Part shown: positions 56,435 to 64,000 of the stretch, in pieces | Numbering within the stretch: the stretch's first letter is position 1 | How the letters are laid out: every line of letters begins with the position of its first letter | From: Candidatus Eiseniibacteriota bacterium | Lineage (GTDB): Bacteria > Eisenbacteria > RBG-16-71-46 > JABDJR01 | Direction of reading: 5' to 3' | NCBI GenBank assembly: GCA_963783375.1 | Contig: CAWANH010000001.1 | Location: 1-64,000 of the forward strand | Length of the DNA: 64,000 nucleotides | Made by a program: the position numbers and the translations under genes | Notes under the pieces: generated by a model | Told to the model about the DNA's origin: nothing | Databases searched by the model: none | The model's input: the letters and a program-made list of their open reading frames with translations, nothing else

Positions 56435-58519
56435 TCAGCTTCCTTCGGTTACTTCCCGTGCCGCCTTGGCGGCCTCGATGATTCGATCCGCCTGGTCGCG
56501 CGGGATCTCCTCGTAGTTGTTGAACTTCATGCTGAACCGCCCCCGCCCCTGGGTCATGGAGCGGAGCTGGGCATGATAGTGGTACATCTCGGCCGCGGGC
56601 ACCAGCGCCCGCACCGACTGGCCCGAGCCCTCCGGAGTCATGCCGAGGATGCGGCCCCGACGGGAGCTCAGATCCCCCATCACGTCCCCGGTGAAGTCGT
56701 CGGGCACCTGGACCTCGACCTCCATGATCGGCTCCAACAGCACCGCCCCGGCCTCGGGCATCAGCTTCTTGAACGCCATGGACCCGGCCACCTTGAACGC
56801 CATCTCGCTGGAGTCCACGGTGTGGTAGGACCCGTCGAAGAGGGTGACCCGGATGTCGACCACAGGATAGCCGGCCACCATCCCCTCGACCATGGCCTCC
56901 TTGACCCCCTTCTCCACCGCGGGGATGAACTTGTTGGGCACCGCCCCGCCCACGATCTGGTCCACGAATTCGAACCCCTCGCCGCGGGCGCGGGGCTCGA
57001 GTTTCAGCCACACGTCCCCGTACTGGCCCCGGCCGCCGGTCTGTTTCTTGTAGCGGCCCTGGCCCTCGGCGGGCCGGTTGATGGTTTCCCGGAAGTGGAT
57101 ACGGGGCTTCTTGAGTTCCACCTCCACGTGCTTCTCGCGCAGCTTGTCCAGGACCACCTCGAGATGGAGCTCACCCATGCCGTAGAGGAGTTGCTGGTGG
57201 AGCTCGGCGTCCACTTCCAGCTTCACGGTGGGATCCTCCTCCATGATCTTGTGGAGGGCCATCCCCACCTTGTCCTCGTCCCCCTTGTTCTTGGGGACGA
57301 TGGCTTCGGTGGTCACCGGGGCCGGGAAATCGACCGGCGGAAGGAGGTACGGTTTGGCCTTCATCGAAAGGGTATGCCCGGTATGGGTCGCCCTGAGCTT
57401 GACCGCGGCCGCAACGTCTCCGGCCGGGACCTTGGCCACCTCGGCCCGCTGGTTTCCCATCAGCGCGTAGAGCTGGCCCAGCTTCTCTGCGCTCTCGTGA
57501 TTGACGTTGTGGAGCTCCGAGCCGGAGGTCAGGGTGCCGGAGAAGACCCTGACCAGGGAGAGCTCGCCCAGGTGGGGTTCGACCACCGTCTTGAACACCA
57601 GGGCGACGGGCGGGCCGTCGGGATCGGGGGGAAGCTCCACCGCATCGTCCCCCAGGGTGGCGGACGCGGCGGGCAGGTCGGCGGGAGACGGGAAGCACAC
57701 CACCAGGGTGTCGAGGAGCCGGCGGGTGCCGAAATTGTGGGTGGAGCTGGCCACCATGACCGGGTAGGCCCCGCCCTTGGCCACCGCCATCCGAAGCGCG
57801 CCGAAGATCTCTTCCCGGGTCAGCTCCTGGCCCTCCAGGTACTTCTCGATCACGGTGTCGTCGAACTCCGCCACCGCCTCGATCAGGGCCTCGCGCGCCG
57901 TGGCCGCCCGGTCGGCGTAGTCAGCCGGGATATCCGCCTCGGTGGGTTCGTGCCCGGCATCGGAGTAGATGTAGGCCTTCATCTTGAAGAGGTCGATCAG
58001 GCCCTTGAAGTCGGGCCCGGCCCCGATCGGCAGCTGGAGGGGCACCATCTTCTCGGACAGGAGCGATTGGGCCTGGGCCACCACCCGGTCGAAATCGGCG
58101 TGCTCCTTGTCCATCATGTTCACGCAGACCATGGTGGGCATGTTCCGGGCTCGCGCGGCCTGAAAGGTGCGCTCCGCCCCCGCCTCGACCCCGGCCACCC
58201 CGTTCACCACCAGGAGGGCGCAATCCGCGACCCGGAGCGCCGAGGCCACCTCGCCGCCGAAATCGTCGTAACCGGGGGTGTCGAACAGGTTGATCTTGCA
58301 ATCCCTCCACTCTCCGTAGGCGGTTCCGAGATGAATCGAGATCTTCCGCTTGTGCTCCCCCCCGGCATAGTCCGTGGTCGTGTTCCCGGCATCCACCGAT
58401 CCGAGCCGGGTGATGGACTTCATGCTGTAAAGCATGGCCTCGGCCAGCGACGTCTTTCCGCTGGTGCCGTGACCGATCAAGGCGATATTCCTCAGTTTGT
58501 CCGTGGGGTAATCCTTCAC
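56435..58519 (-). CDS. Elongation factor G paralogue (EF-G2 type)
   Basis: GHGTSGKT, RKISI in place of RGITI, DTPG, NMMD (G4 variant), GMGELHLE, KKQTGGRGQYG; not in a str operon. Confidence 0.92.
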   Translation of the reverse strand: MKDYPTDKLRNIALIGHGTSGKTSLAEAMLYSMKSITRLGSVDAGNTTTDYAGGEHKRKISIHLGTAYGEWRDCKINLFDTPGYDDFGGEVASALRVADCALLVVNGVAGVEAGAERTFQAARARNMPTMVCVNMMDKEHADFDRVVAQAQSLLSEKMVPLQLPIGAGPDFKGLIDLFKMKAYIYSDAGHEPTEADIPADYADRAATAREALIEAVAEFDDTVIEKYLEGQELTREEIFGALRMAVAKGGAYPVMVASSTHNFGTRRLLDTLVVCFPSPADLPAASATLGDDAVELPPDPDGPPVALVFKTVVEPHLGELSLVRVFSGTLTSGSELHNVNHESAEKLGQLYALMGNQRAEVAKVPAGDVAAAVKLRATHTGHTLSMKAKPYLLPPVDFPAPVTTEAIVPKNKGDEDKVGMALHKIMEEDPTVKLEVDAELHQQLLYGMGELHLEVVLDKLREKHVEVELKKPRIHFRETINRPAEGQGRYKKQTGGRGQYGDVWLKLEPRARGEGFEFVDQIVGGAVPNKFIPAVEKGVKEAMVEGMVAGYPVVDIRVTLFDGSYHTVDSSEMAFKVAGSMAFKKLMPEAGAVLLEPIMEVEVQVPDDFTGDVMGDLSSRRGRILGMTPEGSGQSVRALVPAAEMYHYHAQLRSMTQGRGRFSMKFNNYEEIPRDQADRIIEAAKAAREVTEGS

Positions 58520-58543
58520 GACGATCTCCTCTATCCCACCCGT

Positions 58544-58818
58544 TCGTGAACGTCAGGGGCCCGCGGCCTCCGTCGGAGAGGGGCCCGTTGCTTCTGCTCG
58601 GAGTGCGCTCGCCCGGATCGGCGAGCCGACCCGCGCGCGCCGTCGAACCGCGGGTGCAAGGCGGGTTTCCGGACAAGAAGGGATCGGGAGAACGGCTTCC
58701 CGACGCGGGTCGCCGACCCCCTGCCGGAACCAGACCTCGTGAGCCCGCCGGGGTCGTTTCAGGAAGGACCGCCGCGGTCGCTTCGGGACTGGCTTCGCCG
58801 CCCCCGTCACGTTCACGA
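58544..58818 (-). ncRNA. Candidate structured RNA / leader upstream of the EF-G paralogue
   Basis: Ends pair (TCGTGAACGT 58544-58553 with ACGTTCACGA 58809-58818, extended by GGGGC/GCCCC) around at least five internal hairpins; family not recognised. Confidence 0.4.
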
Positions 58819-58890
58819 GCCGCCACCCCCGGAACCGCCCCAAAACAACCAAAAGGCCCCCGGGCGGGGCCTGGTCAATCGAGCCAAACG

Positions 58891-58919
58891 AGGGTATCAC
58901 CCCGGTTTCCGGGGGTCAA
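58891..58919 (-). promoter_or_regulatory. Sigma-70-like promoter facing the EF-G paralogue
   Basis: TTGACC-N17-TACCCT with an extended -10 TG. Confidence 0.45.
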
Positions 58920-59017
58920 GGAGCGGCGTTTCCCTTGATTTTGGAGGGAGAGGCCCTCTATTCTAGTCGTCTGCCGATTCTCCGGGTTGAAACCACGTTG
59001 CAAGGGGAGCCAAGCCG

Positions 59018-59362
59018 ATGAAATTCAGCTCGCGAAAGGCGGGGGACGTGGTCGTCTTTGACCTCAAGGGAAGTCTGGAAGGCGGCCCCGACACCTACAA
59101 GCTCAAGGAAGCGGTGAAGGAGAAGCTGGATGCGGGCGACCGGAAGTTCCTGCTGAACATGAACGGCGTGGACTACGTGAACTCCACCGGCGTCGGCATC
59201 GTGGTCTCGGTGTACTCGAGCATCGTGAACGCGAGCGGAGTGATGAAGATCTGCAACACGCAGGAGCGCGTTTCACGCATCATGATGGTTACGAAACTGC
59301 TGGAGGTCTTCGAGTCATACTACTCGGAAGACGAGGCGCTGAAGTCCTTCCAGTCGGCCTGA
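59018..59362 (+). CDS. STAS-domain anti-sigma factor antagonist
   Basis: VVVFDLKGSL, LLNMNGVDYVNSTGVG. Confidence 0.9.
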   Translation: MKFSSRKAGDVVVFDLKGSLEGGPDTYKLKEAVKEKLDAGDRKFLLNMNGVDYVNSTGVGIVVSVYSSIVNASGVMKICNTQERVSRIMMVTKLLEVFESYYSEDEALKSFQSA

Positions 59363-59387
59363 CCCACGGAATGAGGGAGCATCGGTA

Positions 59388-59729
59388 ATGAAGTTCGCGA
59401 TGGAGAAGAAGAACGATGTCGTGGTGATCGAGCTCCAGGCCGCCCTCGAGGGCGGGCCGGACACCTTCGAACTCAAGGACGAGATCAAGGCGAGGCTGGG
59501 GGAAGGAAGCCGGAAGTTCCTCCTCGACATGCAGAGCGCCGGCTTCGTGAATTCCACGGGAATCGGCGTGGTCGTGGGCGTCTACTCCAGCATCAAGCAG
59601 GCGGACGGACAGCTCAAGATCTCCGGGGTGAGCGATCGCGCCCGCCGGGCCTTCGTGGTCACCGGCGTCTGGTCGCTGTTCGAGGTACACGACACCAAAA
59701 AGGAGGCCCTCGAGGCCTTCGCTTCCTGA
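59388..59729 (+). CDS. STAS-domain anti-sigma factor antagonist (tandem paralogue)
   Basis: LLDMQSAGFVNSTGIG; clearly similar to the upstream gene (LEGGPDT). Confidence 0.9.
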   Translation: MKFAMEKKNDVVVIELQAALEGGPDTFELKDEIKARLGEGSRKFLLDMQSAGFVNSTGIGVVVGVYSSIKQADGQLKISGVSDRARRAFVVTGVWSLFEVHDTKKEALEAFAS

Positions 59730-59813
59730 TCCCCCGGACGACCCGGTTCGTTCGGATCCAGCGGGGTACCGGACCGGGGCCCAACCGGCCCCGGTCCGTT
59801 TCCCCCGATTCCC

Positions 59814-60800
59814 CTATCGCCGTTTCGATCCCGGGGCCGCCACCGGAGGCGCCGCGGGGGCCGGAGATTCGGTCTTGATCAGGTCCGCCCCCGGTTTGGC
59901 GAAGTTGTCGATCCGCCACTGCCCCACCTCGTAGACCGCGTCCCGGTCGGGGCGGGTCACGTAGCGCTGGTTCTTATCGTTCTTGTTCCCCACCGAGAGG
60001 GTGGTGGTTGTCCCGTTCATCATGCGGACGGCGATCGTCATCCCGGGGTCGGCGAGGCCGGTGTCCACGGTGTCGGGACGATCCAGGAACCCGTCGGCGG
60101 TGAAGTTCCCCAGGCTCCTCAGGGTCTGATCCACCTTGGTCTGTTCGGCGGGCACCGGGGGCTTTCCGGGAAGGGCGACCGTCCAGGTGCTGTCCGTCCG
60201 GGTCAGGTCCCAGCTCACCTCCGGAGAGGAGATGGCCGCCCCGGCCACCGCGTCCGGGTCGAACCGGAGAAGGGTGGCGTCGCGGAAGCCTCGCGGCCGG
60301 GCGAACAGGTTCCGGTTCATTCCCCGGACCACCACCACGTTCTCCGACCCGGCGGGGAGGACGTAGCTGGTGGTGAAATCCCGCCCCATCTTGCCCAGGA
60401 CGAACTTCGCCGCCGTCTCGTCCCCCGCGGACACGGTCACCGCCACTCCGCTGGAGTCCACCTGAAAGAGCCCCCGGTTCCCGGGGTTGGTGGAGGCGAT
60501 GCCCTGGGAGCGGGCGTCGGCCACCGCGCGAATGATGCTTCCCACCGCCGAGGTGTCGGCGGGAAAGTCGTTCCGGGAGTTCACCACCCAGCCGCCGGCC
60601 TTCTTCTCCAGCACCGTGTTGTCGGCTCCCCCGGTCTCGATGGTCACCCGGTCGGCCCGGGCGACCAGCCCGGGGTCGAAGAGCTGGGTCTCCTCGGGGT
60701 TGTCCTTCCGAATCGAGTCCTGGAACGGGTTCGCGAAGAGGAACACCAGCCCCACCAGGACCACCGCGGCCACCGCCAGGATCAGGAACGAGCGGTTCAT
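59814..60800 (-). CDS. DUF4340 domain protein
   Basis: N-terminal TM anchor and a duplicated W..PAD...V...L / GL..P unit; last gene of the Gld-like ABC operon. Confidence 0.85.
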   Translation of the reverse strand: MNRSFLILAVAAVVLVGLVFLFANPFQDSIRKDNPEETQLFDPGLVARADRVTIETGGADNTVLEKKAGGWVVNSRNDFPADTSAVGSIIRAVADARSQGIASTNPGNRGLFQVDSSGVAVTVSAGDETAAKFVLGKMGRDFTTSYVLPAGSENVVVVRGMNRNLFARPRGFRDATLLRFDPDAVAGAAISSPEVSWDLTRTDSTWTVALPGKPPVPAEQTKVDQTLRSLGNFTADGFLDRPDTVDTGLADPGMTIAVRMMNGTTTTLSVGNKNDKNQRYVTRPDRDAVYEVGQWRIDNFAKPGADLIKTESPAPAAPPVAAPGSKRR

Positions 60801-62395
60801 GCGCGACCTCCTCCGAATTCCACCGCGTAGCGCTTCCGGCGCTCCCGGCGATATCTCATGCGCCCGAGCCCGAAGAGAATAACCAGGATCGGGACCGGCA
60901 CCATGGCCATGGTCTTCAGCGCCCCCCGCTTGTCGTCCGGCACGTCCTTGAGCGGACGCCCGGTCGCCTCACGGGAACGGATGGCGATGAGGTCGTTCCC
61001 CAGGGTCATCCAGTCCACCGCGTTGGCCAGGAACACGCTGTTGGCGGGGAACTGGCGGAGGAACCGCTGATCGAGGAAGTTGGAGCTTCCCACCACCACC
61101 ATCTGGTTCATCGGGCTCACCGCGGGACCCCGGACGGCGGTGCCCAGGCTGTCCCCGGGAACCGGCGTCCCCGCCGGCCAGTGGGTGGGGAACCGCCCGG
61201 TCAGGGCCACGGCCAGGAGCTGCGAATGGACCTCGCCCGCTCCCGGTGGAACGAGCTTGCTCTGGGGGTTCAGATCGTAGGGCGCGGCCCGGGTGAAGGA
61301 ACGCGCCGAGGACACGGCGAGGGTGTCCGCGGTGACCGAGCCTCCCCCCGCGCTGTCCACCGGGGCCAGGGTCAGGGGACTGGTCCAGGGCAGGACCAGG
61401 CTCTGCATGTCGCTGGTGATGGGGTTCTCACGGGAGAGCCCGTCGGCCGTCACCTGGGGAAACCAGGGATAGCGGACGGTGAGGGGCAGGAAGTAGCCCA
61501 CGTCGAACCCCACCATGGGAGCCTGCGCGTCCACCACCAACCGGTTCCGGACCTGGACCCCGTAGCTCCCCAGGAGCGGCCCCAGCTTCACCTGGCGGTC
61601 GCGGGCGTTCAGGGTACCGAGGTTGACGTCCACTCCGGGAGCCAGGGCCAGGAGGCGCCCTCCCCGCATCACGAACTGGTCGAGCCGGTAGAGATCCTGG
61701 TCGGTGAGCTGGGGATCGTCCTTCACGATGAGAGTGGCGACCTCGTCGGGCACCGGGCCCGAGGCCAGGTTCACCACCTTCACGTCGTACTGCTTGGCCA
61801 GGAGATCCCGCACCGGCTGCATGGACTCGTCCAGGGTCGGACTGCCGGCGGTGGCGATTCCCACCGATTTCTTCCCCGCGCTCACCTTGACCACCGCCGC
61901 GGTCAGGTCGTACTCGAGACGATCCACGGTCTGGACCACCGGGATGACCTCGGTCTTGTCCTCGTACTGGACCGCGATCCCCAGGTAGGCGCTCACCGCC
62001 TCGGCCTTCTCCTTCTGGTAGCGGCTGAGCTGGAGCTTGGGAATCCCCAGCATCCGCACCGATTGCTCGAGCGCGGGATCCGAGGCAGGGTCCTTGAACA
62101 CCACCTGGACCTCGCTCCCCCCGGCCGCCTTGTACTCGTCGAGGAAGTCCTTCACCTCGCGCTGGAGGCTGGCGATGTAGGAGGGAAGATCCTTGGAGAA
62201 GTAGACCGTGACGGTGACGACGTCGTTCAGGTTCCCGAGCACGTGTCTGGTCGACGGGCTCAGGGTGTACTCGTGGTTTTCGGTCAGGTCCCACCGGTGG
62301 AAGAACCGGGTCCCCAGAAGATTCACCGAGGCCAGGATGACCAGCACGATGAGGGCCTTGGCCACGGGAAAGCCGGTTCGGGTCTTCTTGCTCAT
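60797..62395 (-). CDS. GldG-like ABC transporter auxiliary component
   Basis: WDLTENHEYTLS, LEYDLT, LDQFVMRGG, FLANAVDW, IRSR, C-terminal TM helix. Confidence 0.9.
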   Translation of the reverse strand: MSKKTRTGFPVAKALIVLVILASVNLLGTRFFHRWDLTENHEYTLSPSTRHVLGNLNDVVTVTVYFSKDLPSYIASLQREVKDFLDEYKAAGGSEVQVVFKDPASDPALEQSVRMLGIPKLQLSRYQKEKAEAVSAYLGIAVQYEDKTEVIPVVQTVDRLEYDLTAAVVKVSAGKKSVGIATAGSPTLDESMQPVRDLLAKQYDVKVVNLASGPVPDEVATLIVKDDPQLTDQDLYRLDQFVMRGGRLLALAPGVDVNLGTLNARDRQVKLGPLLGSYGVQVRNRLVVDAQAPMVGFDVGYFLPLTVRYPWFPQVTADGLSRENPITSDMQSLVLPWTSPLTLAPVDSAGGGSVTADTLAVSSARSFTRAAPYDLNPQSKLVPPGAGEVHSQLLAVALTGRFPTHWPAGTPVPGDSLGTAVRGPAVSPMNQMVVVGSSNFLDQRFLRQFPANSVFLANAVDWMTLGNDLIAIRSREATGRPLKDVPDDKRGALKTMAMVPVPILVILFGLGRMRYRRERRKRYAVEFGGGRA

Positions 62396-63112
62396 CTAGG
62401 CCCACCTCCTTCCGGCCAGGGTCAGCCGGTTGAGGTACAGAAAGAACCCGGCCACGCTCAGGTAGTAGATGAGATCGCGGCTGTCGATCACCCCCCGCCC
62501 GATGCTCTGGAAGTGGGCTCCCAGGCCGAGATAGTGCAGGAGCGGCGCCAGGGAGGAGGGCGCGGTCACCAGCACCAGGCTCTCCCCCACGATGAACAGC
62601 GCGAAACAGGCCACCACCCCCAGGATGAAGGCGATGATCTGGTTTTCGGTGAGGGAGGAGATGAAGAGCCCCACCGCCAGATAGGCCGCCCCCAGGAGCA
62701 CCGTACCCACCAAGCCTCCGATCACCGGCCCGGGATCCAGGTCTCCCAGGTGGGCGGTGAGGATAACCAGCGGAAACTCCAGGAGCACGGTGATGGTGAT
62801 CAGGGAGAGCCCGGCGAAGAACTTGCCCAGGATCACGTCCTCATCGCGGACCGGCAGGGTCATGAGAAGCTCCACCGTCCCCAGCTTCCGCTCCTCCGCC
62901 CAGAGCCGCATGGAGACCGCGGGGACGAAGAAGAGGAACATCCAGGGAAGGAGGGAGAAGAAGGGCCGGAGGTCGGCCTGGGAGTACAGGAAGTAACCCC
63001 GGAAGAAGAGCCAGGACGAGGTGACGAGGAACACCAGGATGAAGATGTAGGCGATGGGCGAGTTGAAGTAGCTCCTGAGTTCCCGCTTGTAGATGCCGAA
63101 GAAGGACGGCAT
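62396..63112 (-). CDS. ABC-2 permease, GldF-like
   Basis: RELRSYFNSPIAY, PAVSMRLWAEERKLGTVELLMTLP, SSLTENQIIA, GVIDSRDLIYY. Confidence 0.92.
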   Translation of the reverse strand: MPSFFGIYKRELRSYFNSPIAYIFILVFLVTSSWLFFRGYFLYSQADLRPFFSLLPWMFLFFVPAVSMRLWAEERKLGTVELLMTLPVRDEDVILGKFFAGLSLITITVLLEFPLVILTAHLGDLDPGPVIGGLVGTVLLGAAYLAVGLFISSLTENQIIAFILGVVACFALFIVGESLVLVTAPSSLAPLLHYLGLGAHFQSIGRGVIDSRDLIYYLSVAGFFLYLNRLTLAGRRWA

Positions 63113-63115
63113 GGA

Positions 63116-64000
63116 TCAGACCTCCTCTCCGGTGGTGAGTTCACGGAAGACGTCCTCCAGGGACGCGGCCTCGGGTCTGAGTTCCCGGAGGGCCCACCCC
63201 CGGAGCGCAGCCATCCCCGACACCGCCTCGGCCAGCCTTCCCAGATCGGCCCCGTCCCGGGCCCGGACCCGATAGGCGAGGGCGTCGCCCTGGGGGCCCA
63301 GGAAATCCACCCCCCCGGCCAGCTCCAGGGTGCGGAACCCCCCTTCCACGTCGGCGCCGTCCCCGCGGAGGTGCGCGACCACGCCCCGTCCCCCGCCCGC
63401 CCGGCGGGAGAGTTCCTCCGGGGTCCCCGACCCCACCAGCCGGCCCCGGGAGATGATGATCACCCGGTCGCAGGTGGCCGAGACCTCGGGCAGGATGTGG
63501 GTGGAGAGGATGATCGTCTTCTCCCGCCCGATCTCCTTGATGAGGCTACGGATCTCGATGATCTGATTGGGGTCGAGCCCGGTGGTGGGCTCGTCCAGCA
63601 CCAGGATGTCCGGCTCGTGGATCAAGGCCTGGGCCAGGCCCACCCGCTGCCGGAAACCCTTGGACAGCTGCCCGATGTTCTTGGTGAGCGCCGGCCCGAG
63701 GCCGCAAAGCTCCACCATCCGGGCCATCCGGCTCCGCGCCTCCGCCCGGGCGAATCCCCGCATTTCGGCGACGTAGAGCAGGTAGTCCACCGTTCCCATG
63801 TCCTCGTAGAGCGGGGCGCTCTCCGGGAGGTAGCCGATCCGCCGCCGCACCTCCAGAGGTTGGCGGTTGACGTCGAAGCCGGCCAGCACCGCCGTCCCCT
63901 CGTCGGGGGGTATGAATCCGGTGAGGATGCGCATGGTGGTGGTCTTGCCGGCGCCGTTGGGCCCTAGAAAACCCAACACCTCCCCGGCCTCCACGGTGAA
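63116..64000 (-). CDS. ABC transporter ATP-binding protein, GldA-like (5' end outside the window)
   Basis: GFLGPNGAGKTT, LSKGFRQRVG, LDEPTTGLDP, ILSTHIL. Confidence 0.92.
   Translation of the reverse strand, partial: FTVEAGEVLGFLGPNGAGKTTTMRILTGFIPPDEGTAVLAGFDVNRQPLEVRRRIGYLPESAPLYEDMGTVDYLLYVAEMRGFARAEARSRMARMVELCGLGPALTKNIGQLSKGFRQRVGLAQALIHEPDILVLDEPTTGLDPNQIIEIRSLIKEIGREKTIILSTHILPEVSATCDRVIIISRGRLVGSGTPEELSRRAGGGRGVVAHLRGDGADVEGGFRTLELAGGVDFLGPQGDALAYRVRARDGADLGRLAEAVSGMAALRGWALRELRPEAASLEDVFRELTTGEEV

Overview
High-GC bacterial genomic window, diderm judging by its lipoproteins and beta-barrel proteins; the lineage cannot be determined here. It has two parts. (1) About 1-23.2 kb is an accessory island. 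Its left 10.8 kb is one end of a prophage-like element: large serine recombinase, winged-helix regulator, its own sigma-70-type factor, replication initiator plus DnaC-like loader, DNA adenine methylase, ParB-like protein and a terminase-small-subunit-like HTH protein running off the window edge. About eight single-base frameshifts fall in this element, plus one in an orphan gene just outside it. A motif TGTCCCC-N17/18-CCCTTW occurs three times, upstream of the replication operon and of the integrase, and looks like the promoter of the element's own sigma factor. Next come lower-GC orphan genes, IS3 and IS21 relics, and a minus-strand cluster bracketed by two IS21 left-end relics: outer-membrane beta-barrel, 13-heme cytochrome c, an 11-heme cytochrome c lipoprotein and a tandem rhodanese lipoprotein. 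The 11-heme gene is split in the ORF track by an in-frame UGA (SGEG-U-GGEV) followed by a bacterial SECIS-like hairpin, so it is probably a selenoprotein. This is the most notable item. (2) About 23.2-64 kb is core-like: ABC exporter, treT/DUF5752/otsA, deoxyhypusine-synthase-like gene, archaeal-type topoisomerase VI with kynU-kynB between its subunit genes, M16 peptidase pair, corA, heterodimeric ABC exporter, PPIase, a bS22-like small ORF, ruvCA, a 4xCBM48 GH13 amylase, an Old Yellow Enzyme, GIY-YIG and PD-(D/E)XK nucleases, yihY, yebC, an EF-G paralogue behind a ~275-nt structured leader, two STAS proteins and a GldA/F/G-DUF4340 ABC operon. No rRNA, tRNA or CRISPR array was seen. All family calls come from motif recognition by eye; no database was searched.
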